Assembly (NCBI GenBank): GCA_049970895.1
Contig: JBMFMB010000001.1
Coordinates: 135,544-199,543 of the forward strand
Length of the DNA stretch: 64,000 nucleotides
DNA from: Candidatus Bathyarchaeia archaeon
GTDB taxonomy: Archaea; Thermoproteota; Bathyarchaeia; Bathyarchaeales; Bathycorpusculaceae
Direction: 5' to 3'
The notes beneath the pieces are model-generated. The model saw only the letters and a program-made list of their open reading frames with translations. It searched no databases and was not told the DNA's origin. This document shows, one piece after another, positions 40,392 to 51,112 of this stretch (position 1 is its first letter; every line of letters begins with the position of its first letter). Both the position numbers and the translations under genes were made by a program.

Positions 40392-41744
40392 TTGAAAGCT
40401 GAACTCGTCCTAAAAGACCTAAAAGCCTACATAAACGGCACCATTACAGAGTGCTGCCTAGCCATCAAAAACGGGAAAATAGCAAAAATCGGAAAAGAGG
40501 CACAAATGCCAAGGGCTGACGCCCAAATAAGCCTCAAAGGGCTGTTGGTTTTGCCGGGCTTGATTGATGTTCACGTTCATTTGAGGGATGAGGGTAAAGC
40601 CTATAAAGAAGACTTTTACAGCGGCACGGCTGCCGCGGTAGCAGGCGGCTTTACAACAGTTTTGGATATGCCCAACAATGCTCCAGTGACCATGAGTGCT
40701 GAAACCTTTAAAAACAGAATGGAGATAGCCAAAGAAAGGGTTCTTGTTAATGTGGGCTTTTACTCCGAATTTCCCAAAAGCCTATACGAAATAGATGAGA
40801 TAATTGATGCTGGCGCGGTGGCTTTCAAGCTTTTCCTAAGCGGACAAGTGGGCGGACTAAACATAAACGATGACAATGCATTGGCGGAGGCCTTCCAGAA
40901 AGTGGCTTCAAAAATTCCTATTGCGGTTCACGCTGAAGATAAGGGCATAATTAAAAGTGTTGAGGAAAAGCTTAAGCAAGAAGGCAAACGGGATATTGAG
41001 GCTTTTCTTGAGGCACATTCTGAAAGGGCTGAAGCAGAAGCCATAAAACGCATATTAGAGATAACCCAAAAAACAAGGGCGCAGGTGCACTTCTGCCACA
41101 TAAGCACAAGGCAAGGCTTAAGCTTAATTGTTGAGGCGAAAAGGGCTGGACTACCGGTAACATGTGAGGTTGCGCCCCACCACCTGTTCTTGTCAGATGA
41201 GGATTTGAGGCGTATAGGAACATTAGCCCTAACAATGCCACCGCTGAGGGACAAAAGCCACATCAAAGCCTTATGGGAAGGCTTGAAAAACGGTTGGATT
41301 GACGTTATAGGCTCAGACCACGCACCCCACACTCTGACAGAGAAAAATGCGGAAAGCGTGTGGGATGTTAAGGTTGGCATCCCCGGGCTTGAAACAACGC
41401 TGCCACTGCTGCTCACTGAGGTGAATGCTGGAAGGCTCAGCATAGCCGAAGTTGTTAGGTTTATGGGCGAAAATCCCGCGAAAATCTTTGGGCTAAAAGA
41501 TTTGGGAAGCCTAAAAGAGGGTTTTAGAGCCGACTTGGTGGCTATTGACTTGAAAAGGGAGTTTATAATTGACTCTTCCTGTTTCTATTCTAAGGCTAAG
41601 TTTTCACCTTTCGACGGCAAACCCGTCAAAGGCAGGGCTGTCAAAACTTTTGTAGGTGGAAAACTAGTTATGGATGAAGGCGAAATAGTGGCTGAACCAG
41701 GATGCGGCAAAATAATCAAGGCAAAAGTGCCAATGGAGGAGTAA
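40392..41744 (+). CDS. pyrC: dihydroorotase
   Basis: PGLIDVHVHLR, DMPN, HAED, SDHAPH; TTG start inferred. Confidence 0.88.
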   Translation: MKAELVLKDLKAYINGTITECCLAIKNGKIAKIGKEAQMPRADAQISLKGLLVLPGLIDVHVHLRDEGKAYKEDFYSGTAAAVAGGFTTVLDMPNNAPVTMSAETFKNRMEIAKERVLVNVGFYSEFPKSLYEIDEIIDAGAVAFKLFLSGQVGGLNINDDNALAEAFQKVASKIPIAVHAEDKGIIKSVEEKLKQEGKRDIEAFLEAHSERAEAEAIKRILEITQKTRAQVHFCHISTRQGLSLIVEAKRAGLPVTCEVAPHHLFLSDEDLRRIGTLALTMPPLRDKSHIKALWEGLKNGWIDVIGSDHAPHTLTEKNAESVWDVKVGIPGLETTLPLLLTEVNAGRLSIAEVVRFMGENPAKIFGLKDLGSLKEGFRADLVAIDLKREFIIDSSCFYSKAKFSPFDGKPVKGRAVKTFVGGKLVMDEGEIVAEPGCGKIIKAKVPMEE

Positions 41745-41751
41745 AACAGCC

Positions 41752-42234
41752 TTGAAGTTCATTGTTGACGGAATGCTTGGAAAACTCACTCGTTGGCTTA
41801 GGATGCTGGGGCACAACGTTAAATACTCGAATAGGCTGGATGACGCACAATTAATCGGCATAGCGAAGAGGGAGAAACGCATCCTCCTAACAAGGGATTT
41901 GGAGCTTTACCAGCAAGCCACAGCAAAAGGTGTCCAAGCCTTCTACGTAGACGGAAAAACAGAAGCTGAAAGGCTGGCGCAACTCGCTAAGAAATTTGGC
42001 ATAAGCTTAGAAATTGACATGGCTGTCTCACGCTGTCCAAAATGCAATGCGCAAGTGAAGCCAACATCAAAGGAAAACGTGAAAGGCAAGGTGGAAGAAA
42101 CCACATTCTCCCACTACAACGAGTTCTGGCAGTGCACAAAATGCGGACAAATCTACTGGCAAGGAGCTCACTGGAAAAGGATAAGGAAAACCCTTGAAAC
42201 GGCAAAAGAGTTAGCGAAGATGGAAAAATGTTAG
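41752..42234 (+). CDS. Mut7-C RNase (PIN-like) domain protein
   Basis: DGMLGKLTRWLRMLG, LLTRD, RCPKCN, CTKCGQIYWQGAH. Confidence 0.9.
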   Translation: MKFIVDGMLGKLTRWLRMLGHNVKYSNRLDDAQLIGIAKREKRILLTRDLELYQQATAKGVQAFYVDGKTEAERLAQLAKKFGISLEIDMAVSRCPKCNAQVKPTSKENVKGKVEETTFSHYNEFWQCTKCGQIYWQGAHWKRIRKTLETAKELAKMEKC

Positions 42235-42251
42235 AAAAGAGCAGAGCCTTT

Positions 42252-42521
42252 TCACTTCTTCTTTTCTTCTTCCAGAAGCCACTTTAGCGGTATGTCTTGA
42301 TATGTGCCATCTGGAAGCGTCCGCCTGATTGTTATTGGGAGGATGCCAGCCTCCAACTCTTTTAGGGCTATATCTATTGGGCTTGAATAGCCTTCTGGAA
42401 CATCAACAAGGATGGGGGCACCCATAGAAATTTGGAGGGCTCTTGCGCCAACTACTCTGGCTTTCTCGAAACGGGTAAGCCTTGGTGGACCAATTAAGAT
42501 TTTCTTCTCTCTTCCAGACGT
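42252..42521 (-). CDS. rpo6: DNA-directed RNA polymerase subunit Rpo6 (RpoK), absent from ORF track, apparent ACG start
   Basis: [38 protein letters not shown]; in-frame TAG two codons before ACG. Confidence 0.93.
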   Translation of the reverse strand, partial: TSGREKKILIGPPRLTRFEKARVVGARALQISMGAPILVDVPEGYSSPIDIALKELEAGILPITIRRTLPDGTYQDIPLKWLLEEEKKK

Positions 42522-42539
42522 GTTCTAGCTCCCCAGCCC

Positions 42540-44174
42540 TTAGTATTCGCCTTCGGATGGCCCCTTAGGCGGCGTCGGTGGAGTCTTAGCCTTCCCAGCA
42601 GCTATAACATCGTCAATTTTCAGAATCATCGAGGCGGCTTCGGTTGCGGACTTAACAACCTGTTTCTTGACGGATATGGGTTCGAAGACACCGGCCTCCC
42701 TCATGTCCCGAACCTTTCCCGAATGCACCTCAATTCCAGCCCACGTCTCGCCCTTCTCATGCTTCGCCCTAAGCTCCGAGAGTATGTCTATTGGGTCTAA
42801 GCCAGCATTTTCAGTCAGCGTTGCAGGTATAGCCTCCAAGGCTTCTGCAAAGCTTTTGACGGCTAGCTGTTCTCTACCCGGGAGGGTTTCAGCGTACTTC
42901 TTCAGGGCTTTTGCTATTTCAAGTTCTGGTGCGCCTCCACCAGCCAAAACCTTTGGTTCTTCAACTATGTCCTTGACAACGCAGAGGGCGTCATGCACTG
43001 AGCGTTCAGCCTCTTCTACTACGCGTTCTGTCGCCCCCCTTATGAGGATGGTGACCGCCCTTGGATGTTTGCACCCTTCAACAAAGGTCATTTTGTCGTC
43101 ACCGATTTTGCGCTCTTCTACAAGGCTTGCATAACCCAAGTCTGCTGGACTCATGTCATCCAGGTTGGTTATTATTTTTCCTCCAGTGGCTTTTGCAAGC
43201 TTCTCCATGTCCGACTTTTTGATGCGGCGGACGGCTAGGATTCCCTTTCTGGCAAGGAAGTGCTGTGCCATGTCGTCTATGCCCTTCTGGCAGAGCACAA
43301 CATTCGCGCCAACAGCGTCAAGCTTTTCCACCATGTCCTTTAGCATGGCTTCCTCCTGCTTTAGGAAGGCGTCCATCTGCTCTGGACTTTCAATGTTGAT
43401 TTTAGCATCAAACTCGGTCTTCTCAATCTCCAACGGGCAGTCCAGCAGTGCAATTTTCGCGTTTTCAACACGCTTAGGCATGCCGGAATGAACAACCTCT
43501 TTGTCTAGGACAATGCCATTAATGAGCATCGTGTCCCTAACAGATTCACCTGGCTTCTTCTCAACTTTGACGTCGTCAACGTCCACCTTGTGTTTGCCAT
43601 CCTCCTTCTCTGCCACTTGCAGAATTGCGTTAACAGCCAAGTCGGCGAGGTATTCCCTATGCTCAGATACAAGCTTGCTCGCCATGGATGTCATGGCGGC
43701 TTTTCGCAAATATTCTGTGGAGTTTAGGTCTACTGGTATGGCTATTTTATCCAAAATTTCAAGGGCTTTTTCCATGGCCTTCTTGTAACCATCAATTATG
43801 ATTGTTGGATGAATGTTTTTGCCAATGAGCTCCTCAGCCTTAGCAAGAAGTTCCCCAGCCAAAATAACGGCTGTCGTTGTACCGTCCCCAGCCTCGTTAT
43901 CCTGTGTTTTAGCCACTTCAACCATCATTTTAGCGGCTGGATGCTGAACATCCATCTCATCCAAAATTGTGCGACCATCACTAGTTATCGTCACGTCGCC
44001 AAAGCTGTCCACAAGCATCTTATCCATGCCCTTAGGCCCAAGAGAGCTCTTCACCGTCTCGGCTATTATGCGTGCAGCCATAATGTTTGTGTGCTGCGCT
44101 TCCCTACCCCTGGAACGAGTTGAGCCCTCCTTTAATATTAGAACCGGGACTCCTGTGGATGCGGGCGATGACAA
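42540..44174 (-). CDS. ths: thermosome (group II chaperonin) subunit
   Basis: [29 protein letters not shown]; TTG start at 44174 inferred. Confidence 0.96.
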   Translation of the reverse strand: MSSPASTGVPVLILKEGSTRSRGREAQHTNIMAARIIAETVKSSLGPKGMDKMLVDSFGDVTITSDGRTILDEMDVQHPAAKMMVEVAKTQDNEAGDGTTTAVILAGELLAKAEELIGKNIHPTIIIDGYKKAMEKALEILDKIAIPVDLNSTEYLRKAAMTSMASKLVSEHREYLADLAVNAILQVAEKEDGKHKVDVDDVKVEKKPGESVRDTMLINGIVLDKEVVHSGMPKRVENAKIALLDCPLEIEKTEFDAKINIESPEQMDAFLKQEEAMLKDMVEKLDAVGANVVLCQKGIDDMAQHFLARKGILAVRRIKKSDMEKLAKATGGKIITNLDDMSPADLGYASLVEERKIGDDKMTFVEGCKHPRAVTILIRGATERVVEEAERSVHDALCVVKDIVEEPKVLAGGGAPELEIAKALKKYAETLPGREQLAVKSFAEALEAIPATLTENAGLDPIDILSELRAKHEKGETWAGIEVHSGKVRDMREAGVFEPISVKKQVVKSATEAASMILKIDDVIAAGKAKTPPTPPKGPSEGEY

Positions 44175-44545
44175 ATCGAACACCCCTAATGCGTCACAAT
44201 GAAAAACAGCATTACAATATAAATTTTTCCTCAACTGTATCAAATTAAGCACGTTTCTGCGATAATCACATCCATTTTTAACAGGCCTATTTATGACCTC
44301 TAGCAGAGCCGAAAAGTATAGGTATATTATCGGAGCTTTCTTTACGCTTTAAAATGACCAGCTGTTATTGTTGTAAAAGCTGTGGTGCCAGTAATGAGGA
44401 GCAGTTTCATGGAGGCTCTTCACTTAATTCTGATGGTTTTTGCGGTGGAATTATTTGGTTTTGCGTTATTCAACCAAAGCTTGGGTTGCGGGTTAAAGCT
44501 CATTAATTGAACAGCCCGGTCTGCATGTAATTTGGAAAAACGGGG

Positions 44546-45763
44546 TTATTTGTATGGTATATATTCTCTGCCCAGCAGTTCTCTGGCTATGATTATCCTT
44601 TGGATGTTCATGGCTCCTTCTGCGCCTATGTAATAGGACATTATGCCCCGTAGCCCCATTTCCAATGGACAGTCTTTTGTGTAGCCCCAAGCTCCCATCC
44701 ATAAAAGCACATGCTCAAAAACTTTGAAGGCGAAGGGCGGCACCTTCAGTTTAACAGCCGAGATATATTTTGTGACCTCCAGTGGTGTGAAGCGTCCCCT
44801 CTTGTATTTTTCGTCGTTCATCCACGCCGTGCGGTAAACAAGAGATCTTAAAGCTTCCAGCTCAGCCCACATATCAGCCAGATCAAACTGGATACCCTCA
44901 TACTTTCCAATGGGGTTTCCGAAGGCTTTCCGCTCCTTAATATACTCCATCCCAAGCTCCAAGGCTCTTTGGGCAGCCCCCAAACAGGTGGCACCTATAA
45001 GCAGTCTCGCATTATCAAAGCCCTCCATTGTTAGGTAGAAGCCCCTCCCCTCCTCGCCTATGCGGTAGGCATCTGAAAGCCTAACATTATCCATGACTAT
45101 GCTGCCCGTTGAAATGGCCATTCTCCCCATCTCCTCGAATCTTTTGCCAACCTCCACGCCGGGCGCATTTATGGGCAAATAGAAGGCTGTCATGCCCCGA
45201 TGAGATGCGCCGGGCGGCGGTGGCGCAGTCCTAACCAGCGTGAAGTGTCCCCCGCCAAGCTTTTTGGCCTCTTCTGTTCCGCTAATGTAGGTTTTCTCAC
45301 CATTCAAAACCCAGTGGTTCCCGTTTTTCACGCCGGTGGACTTTATGGCTGCAACGTCTGAGCCTCCGCCAGCTTCTGTTGAGGCTATGCCTATGAAGGC
45401 TTCCCCTTTGGCGGCTTTCCGTATAACCTCTTCCCTAACCTTTTCAGTGCAGTACTTGTCAGTTACAAAGCCCCATGAAGCCTCAACCAGGAAAAGCACT
45501 GGCACAGCAATGCTTATGTCAGCATAGCCCAACTCCTCAGCCGCAATACAAGCAGTAACCCAATCTGCACCAGACCCGCCATGCTCTTCGGGCACTGTCA
45601 TGAGCAGCAATCCTAAATCAGCCAAGCCTTTGATTATCTCCATAGGAATTTCGCCTTTGCTGTCCATCTCCCTAACCTTTTCCAGCGTCAGCTCTTTTCG
45701 GCACCACTCGCGGACTGCCTTGCGAAAAAGTTCTTGCTCCTCGGAGAAGCTGAAATCCACCAT
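44546..45763 (-). CDS. acyl-CoA dehydrogenase
   Basis: TEAGGGSD, LNGEKTYIS, RKAFG, GAWGY, EG..NIQR. Confidence 0.92.
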   Translation of the reverse strand: MVDFSFSEEQELFRKAVREWCRKELTLEKVREMDSKGEIPMEIIKGLADLGLLLMTVPEEHGGSGADWVTACIAAEELGYADISIAVPVLFLVEASWGFVTDKYCTEKVREEVIRKAAKGEAFIGIASTEAGGGSDVAAIKSTGVKNGNHWVLNGEKTYISGTEEAKKLGGGHFTLVRTAPPPPGASHRGMTAFYLPINAPGVEVGKRFEEMGRMAISTGSIVMDNVRLSDAYRIGEEGRGFYLTMEGFDNARLLIGATCLGAAQRALELGMEYIKERKAFGNPIGKYEGIQFDLADMWAELEALRSLVYRTAWMNDEKYKRGRFTPLEVTKYISAVKLKVPPFAFKVFEHVLLWMGAWGYTKDCPLEMGLRGIMSYYIGAEGAMNIQRIIIARELLGREYIPYK

Positions 45764-45835
45764 AACTTTTCACCCTTTTAAGCCTAACCTAAATCCTAAA
45801 AGCATATAAAACTTGTTTTAAAAGTCGGCAAATTC

Positions 45836-46363
45836 CTAAACAAGCTGTAAGCCCTTCCTAAAAGCATTTAAATTCACATTCACAGTCTTCTCTGAAATGC
45901 TTTCCCTTATGCTCTTTTCCATGGACTCAACGCTGACCAATTGTGTTATCTTCACCAGTGCCCCGAGGATAATCATGTTGGCGAAGAGGCTTTCTCCGAA
46001 GGCTTTTCTGGCTGTTTCCACCGCTGGCACCTTGAATGTTTTCGCCTTCACCTCTGGTATTTTTTCGACGCTGCTGTCAACTATTAGGGTTCCATCATCC
46101 TTTAAAAGAGGCAGATATTGGTCAAGGGATTCCTGGTTCATAGCCACAAGCACATCACACTTTCTAACCGCTGGAAAACCTATGCGGCTGTCTGAGATTA
46201 TCACTTCGCTTTTTGCTAGGCTTCCGCGGGCTTCGGCGCCATAACTTTGCGTTTGCGCAACATTCTTCCCATCAAAGGCGGCTGCCTTCCCTAAAATCTG
46301 CCCGGCTAACACAACGCCTTGACCGCCATGCCCACCAATAATAACCTCAATTCTTTTAGGCAT
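45836..46363 (-). CDS. 2-oxoacid:ferredoxin oxidoreductase gamma subunit
   Basis: GGHGGQG, SYGAEARG. Confidence 0.92.
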   Translation of the reverse strand: MPKRIEVIIGGHGGQGVVLAGQILGKAAAFDGKNVAQTQSYGAEARGSLAKSEVIISDSRIGFPAVRKCDVLVAMNQESLDQYLPLLKDDGTLIVDSSVEKIPEVKAKTFKVPAVETARKAFGESLFANMIILGALVKITQLVSVESMEKSIRESISEKTVNVNLNAFRKGLQLV

Positions 46364-47186
46364 ATTTCTGCGCTGCCTCCTTCAAAACTGCATAAACACT
46401 TTCCACAAGCGTCAGCCTCCTCCTTTGAACGAATTCTCCGACAACAATTTTGCCTTCAAGCTCTTCTTCCCCCATTTTCTCTGCTTCCGTCACTGGAACG
46501 GCATTTTCCCTAAACCACTTCAGCATTTCCCCAATGTCTTTGAATCCGGCTCTTCTGCCATATGCCGTTGGACATTGAGCGACAACTTCGATGAATCTGA
46601 AGCCGTCCATTTGAAGAGCCTTCTTAAAGCATTCCTTAAGCTCTTTTGGGTGGGCTGTTGTCCACCTAGCCGAATAATTGGCTCCTGCAACAGCCGCTAG
46701 TCTGGCGGCATCCAGTGGATGCTCAAAACTTCCATAAGGAGTTGTCGTCGTCCTCGTTTTCAGTGGGGTTGTTGGCGCCACCTGTCCACCCGTCATTCCG
46801 TAAATCATGTTGTTGCCCATTATGACGAGGATATCTGTGTTTCGCCTTGCAGCGTGTATGAAGTGCCCCATGCCTATGCCGACGATGTCTCCGTCTCCGC
46901 CAAACACAACAACGTGGAGTCCCGGGCGCAGAAGCTTTATGCTAGTAGCCACTGGTATGCTTCTCCCGTGCAATGTGTGAACGGAATCCGCCAAATAATA
47001 TGGCGATGGTATCCATGAGGAACAGCCAATCCCGCTGACAAAGCAGAATTTCCTAAAGTCATCATAGCCAAGCTCGTAAACAGCCCTCAAAAAAGTGTCA
47101 CTAAGCACATATAAACCGCACCCGGGACAAAAAGGAAAACGCAGTCCAGGCCTCAAATATTTACTTGGTGAAAAGCCCTCACGCAT
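46356..47186 (-). CDS. 2-oxoacid:ferredoxin oxidoreductase beta subunit
   Basis: FCPGCG, GIGCS, GDGD, YGMTGGQ. Confidence 0.93.
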   Translation of the reverse strand: MREGFSPSKYLRPGLRFPFCPGCGLYVLSDTFLRAVYELGYDDFRKFCFVSGIGCSSWIPSPYYLADSVHTLHGRSIPVATSIKLLRPGLHVVVFGGDGDIVGIGMGHFIHAARRNTDILVIMGNNMIYGMTGGQVAPTTPLKTRTTTTPYGSFEHPLDAARLAAVAGANYSARWTTAHPKELKECFKKALQMDGFRFIEVVAQCPTAYGRRAGFKDIGEMLKWFRENAVPVTEAEKMGEEELEGKIVVGEFVQRRRLTLVESVYAVLKEAAQKYA

Positions 47187-47190
47187 CTAT

Positions 47191-48339
47191 TTATCCCTCC
47201 AAAATCTTGTCCAAAATCTCTTCTGGAGTGATTAGTTCTCCACCACCAATCTTGTTTAGGGGCACAACTTCTGCGGTGCAGCCGGCAACCCTCTTAACCT
47301 CGTTGACTATTTGTCCCAAGTTCATTTCTGGCACAATTATTTTTTCAGCGTTTTCCGCAAGCCTCTGCACTGGTTTTTCTGGGAAGGGCCAAAGGGTTTT
47401 AAGGCGGACATAGCCAACTTTAACCCCTCTTTTTTCGGCTTCATCAACAGCCTCGTAGATTGCCCGCGATGTAATGCCGTAAGCCACTATGCCAACCCTA
47501 CAGTCTTCAATGTTGTAGCTTTCCACCTCCACAATGTCGTCTACATTCTTCCTTATCTTGTTGTTAATAGCTTCCACGACTCGCCTATGCACTGTGGGGT
47601 CGGCGGTGAACCTAACCCCCCGCTCATCGTGGGTTGAGCCGGTAACAGCCACATTAAACCCCTCGCCTATGGAAGGCATCGGCGCAACACTTTCCAAGCC
47701 AAAAAATGCTTGCTCTCCAGCCTTTGGCTTTTTACGGTTAACTATCTCTATGCTTTCTGAGGGTGGTATGAGTAAGTGCTCTCGAAGATGCATCGTAGTC
47801 TCATCCGCTAAGATGATGACTGGCGTGCGATATTTTTCTGCAAGGTTAAAAGCCCTAATGGTGAGTTCGAAAATCTCCTGAACGGAGTTGGGACAAAGCG
47901 AAACAGCCATGTAGTCGCCATGGGTCCCCCAGCGGGCTTGCATAACATCGCCTTGCGCACACTTAGTCGCCTGCCCAGTGCCTGGACCAACCCTCTGAAC
48001 ATCAACAATGACGCATGGCGTCTCAGTCATGAAAGCCCATCCAATGGTCTCCTGCATCAAACTAAACCCCGGACCGGAGGTGGCTGTCATAGCTTTAACA
48101 CCACACCAACTTGCACCGACAACAGCTCCTATTGAGGCTAGCTCATCCTCCATTTGTAGAAATACGCCGCCAACCTTCGGTAGGCGCGCCGCCATGTGTT
48201 CAGAAATCTCATTAGCTGGCGAAATGGGATAACCAGCAAAAAATCTGCAACCAGCAATTAATGCGGCTTCAACACATGCCTCGCTTCCCTGTAGAAAAGC
48301 CCTTGTTCCCTTTTCACATCCCATTTTAAGCACCGTCAA
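47191..48339 (-). CDS. 2-oxoacid:ferredoxin oxidoreductase alpha subunit
   Basis: AGYPISP, QMEDE, TATSGPGFSLM, PEMNLGQ; start may be the ATG at 48324. Confidence 0.93.
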   Translation of the reverse strand: MTVLKMGCEKGTRAFLQGSEACVEAALIAGCRFFAGYPISPANEISEHMAARLPKVGGVFLQMEDELASIGAVVGASWCGVKAMTATSGPGFSLMQETIGWAFMTETPCVIVDVQRVGPGTGQATKCAQGDVMQARWGTHGDYMAVSLCPNSVQEIFELTIRAFNLAEKYRTPVIILADETTMHLREHLLIPPSESIEIVNRKKPKAGEQAFFGLESVAPMPSIGEGFNVAVTGSTHDERGVRFTADPTVHRRVVEAINNKIRKNVDDIVEVESYNIEDCRVGIVAYGITSRAIYEAVDEAEKRGVKVGYVRLKTLWPFPEKPVQRLAENAEKIIVPEMNLGQIVNEVKRVAGCTAEVVPLNKIGGGELITPEEILDKILEG

Positions 48340-48480
48340 AATGGTTTATTGCTCCTTGGCATTTAGGGGCTTTTAATGAGTATTAAGAGTTTTGCCGCTA
48401 TCATGAACTTTTAGAATTTATCGGCGAAAAAATAGCAAAACCTTTCAAGCAAATATAACACAATTAGGTGAGGTGTTGGT

Positions 48481-49123
48481 GTGAACCCTATTGGCAATAG
48501 GCGAACCCTTTCAGGAGTTTTCAAAGCTACAAGAAACCGCATATTCTTCTACGACTTTAGGCAAGCTAACTACATTTCTGGCATGACAGCCAAAGACCTT
48601 GTAGAGGGAAGACTTCCGAAACCCGCCGCTGGCATATATGACGCTGAAATGCCGCTTCTTATCCAGTGCAGATATCACCAGGCAACTATCGCCTCGCATG
48701 GTATGTGCCCATTTATTGGCGTGAAACCGCAAGTGGAAAAGAGGAAACCATCTATTTGGCGGGTTTCGCCATAGTTGATGCAGAGGAAACCAGCAAGATA
48801 GCCATAAAAATGCATGAGGAGGACGTGACAAGCGAACAGTTAGTGCGCGCCACGAAGCTAGGGTTTCTAAAACTTTTCGGCATAATAACCGAAATAGAGG
48901 TCAGCGCCAAGGTTTTGGGCAAATACGAGTACGTGGAAGATGGGACAACCCACATAGTCCTTCGCTTGGATAACTCGACATACGAGTGGGTGGAAGCAAC
49001 CCCAAAAGATCTCCAGCAGACCAGTGGAACAAGTTAATGCAACAGAAAGAGATCACACGGTAACTTGCATATTGAAAGGTATGGGGAAAAATGGATAATA
49101 ACCGCCTTCGAAAACCCGGACGT
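48481..49123 (+). pseudogene. fragment of a larger uncharacterised gene
   Basis: overlapping ORF pieces (FFYDFRQANYISG / YRLAWYVPIYW / YVEDGTTHIV) in shifting frames; ends approximate. Confidence 0.5.
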
Positions 49124-49627
49124 CTAGTAAACAGAGACTTTTGCAACGCCCTTAACCTTTAAGAATTCTGGAATAAGCTCACCTGGAACCTTCCTCTCCA
49201 CAATAAGTGTCAGCTTAGGCTCCGGAGAAAGCTCCGGATCGTCCACGATAGCCTGCCTTATACTAAGACCGCTTCTTGCCAGTATCATGGCTGAGTTTGC
49301 CAATATGCCTGGTATTCTGGCGTCTACCGGTGTTATTTCCACCACGCCAAGTTCCAAGTGTTTTGCTATTTCCTTTAGCGAGTGCCCCGCAGATCTTAAG
49401 CCTTCAAATATTAGGCGGAGCTCGCGGTTTGCCCTTATCGTTTTTATTGTTTCGTTTACTGTTCTTCTGTCTACTCCAGCTACTCTCGCTATGCGGGTTG
49501 GCGGAATCTCTATCTCGTTAAGGTATATCTTTCCATTTTTTACGCTTAGCCCGTTTTCTACGAGGATTTTGGCTACTTTTAGGCGTTCGGGGTAGTTTTC
49601 AAAGTGCCTTTTTATTGTGTTCCACAT
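49124..49627 (-). CDS. trpY: TrpY-like (COG2150) HTH-ACT regulator
   Basis: IARVAGVDRRTV HTH, C-terminal ACT (GILA..SIRQAIVDDPEL); divergent from trpB2. Confidence 0.8.
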   Translation of the reverse strand: MWNTIKRHFENYPERLKVAKILVENGLSVKNGKIYLNEIEIPPTRIARVAGVDRRTVNETIKTIRANRELRLIFEGLRSAGHSLKEIAKHLELGVVEITPVDARIPGILANSAMILARSGLSIRQAIVDDPELSPEPKLTLIVERKVPGELIPEFLKVKGVAKVSVY

Positions 49628-49642
49628 GTTTCCGTCTCCTAA

Positions 49643-49715
49643 TGTACTTTTTTGTGCAATAAAGTATAAATATGTTCACTGTTTTATTACATGCCTAAAT
49701 GCACTAAAATGTGCA
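49643..49715. promoter_or_regulatory. two TGYAC-N6-GTGCA palindromic operators (TRP-box-like)
   Basis: TGTACTTTTTTGTGCA at 49643-49658 and TGCACTAAAATGTGCA at 49700-49715, flanking a TATA-like AT stretch. Confidence 0.75.
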
Positions 49716-49728
49716 AAGGTGAACCTTA

Positions 49729-51090
49729 ATGAGCTTTAAAGTTCAAAAAAATGAATACTTCACATTGCTAGACGCGGATGAAATCCCCACAGCATGGTAC
49801 AACATCCAAGCAGACCTACCAGAACTGCTCCCACCGCCACTGGACCCCACAACCCTAAAGCCCATAGACTCAAAACTGCTCGAGAGAATATTTGCAAAAG
49901 AGCTGATAAAGCAGGAGGTTTCCACAGAACGTTTCATAAAAATCCCAGAAGAGGTTTTAGAAGCCTATTTGAGGTTGCCGAGACCAACGCCGCTTTACCG
50001 TGCTAGAAGACTTGAAAGATTTCTGAAAACTCCGGCAAAAATCTACTTTAAATGCGAGAATTTTAGTCCAACTGGAAGCCATAAGACGAATACTGCCATA
50101 GCCCAAGCCTACTACAACAAGAAACAAGGCATAAAGAGACTAGTGACGGAAACTGGTGCCGGGCAGTGGGGAACAGCCCTAGCCTTTGCCTGCACAATTT
50201 TCGGTTTAAAATGCCGCATATACATGGTTCGCGTTAGCTACCAGCAGAAGCCGGGAAGAAGAACAATAGCACAGTTGTATGGCGCTGAAATGTTCCCATC
50301 GCCAAGCGACCAGACAAACTTTGGAAGGAAACTCTTGAAGGAGAATCCAAACCATCCTGGAACGCTAGGCATAGCCATAAGCGAAGCCATAGAGGACACA
50401 GTTACACATGAAGATACAAGGTACTCTTTGGGCTCTGTTCTAAACCATGTGCTTTTGCACCAAACCATCATTGGCTTAGAGGCTAAAAAGCAGTTTGAGA
50501 TTATTGGCGAGTATCCGGATGTTGTATGCGGTTGCATAGGCGGAGGCTCCAACTATGCTGGCTTCTGCTACCCCTTCATGATGGACAAGCTCAAGGGCAA
50601 GACTGAAACGGAGTTTGTGGCTTGCGAGTCTAAGGCTGTTCCCCACACAACAAAAGGCGTTTATACATACGACTTCGGAGACACAGCCCAACTAACACCA
50701 CTGCTCAAAATGCTTACAATAGGGCATGGCTATGCTTGCCCACCAATCCACGCCGGAGGCTTAAGGTATCATGGCATGGCACCATCAATATCCTACCTAA
50801 TCCATAAAGGATACATGCGCTCAATAGCCTATCACCAAACAGAAGTCTTTCAAGCAGCCCAAATATTAGCCCAAACAGAAGGTCTCATAATTGCTCCTGA
50901 AACAGCCCACAGCCTAAAATTCGTCATAGATGAAGCCTTGCGATGCAGAAAAACTGGCGAGAAAAAGGTTATTGCCATGAACTATAGCGGACATGGACTA
51001 TTGGATTTAGGCGCTTATGAGCAGTTCTTGGCTGGCAAGCTTGTGGATTACGAGCCGGAAAAAATCGAGGTCCCCCAGTTATTAAAATAG
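49729..51090 (+). CDS. trpB2: TrpB2-type tryptophan synthase beta (copy 2)
   Basis: SPTGSHKTNTA, TETGAGQWG, YDFGD, PPIHAGGLRYHG, SGHG. Confidence 0.92.
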   Translation: MSFKVQKNEYFTLLDADEIPTAWYNIQADLPELLPPPLDPTTLKPIDSKLLERIFAKELIKQEVSTERFIKIPEEVLEAYLRLPRPTPLYRARRLERFLKTPAKIYFKCENFSPTGSHKTNTAIAQAYYNKKQGIKRLVTETGAGQWGTALAFACTIFGLKCRIYMVRVSYQQKPGRRTIAQLYGAEMFPSPSDQTNFGRKLLKENPNHPGTLGIAISEAIEDTVTHEDTRYSLGSVLNHVLLHQTIIGLEAKKQFEIIGEYPDVVCGCIGGGSNYAGFCYPFMMDKLKGKTETEFVACESKAVPHTTKGVYTYDFGDTAQLTPLLKMLTIGHGYACPPIHAGGLRYHGMAPSISYLIHKGYMRSIAYHQTEVFQAAQILAQTEGLIIAPETAHSLKFVIDEALRCRKTGEKKVIAMNYSGHGLLDLGAYEQFLAGKLVDYEPEKIEVPQLLK

Positions 51091-51112
51091 CCGATAATAG
51101 GGCGACTTTAAA

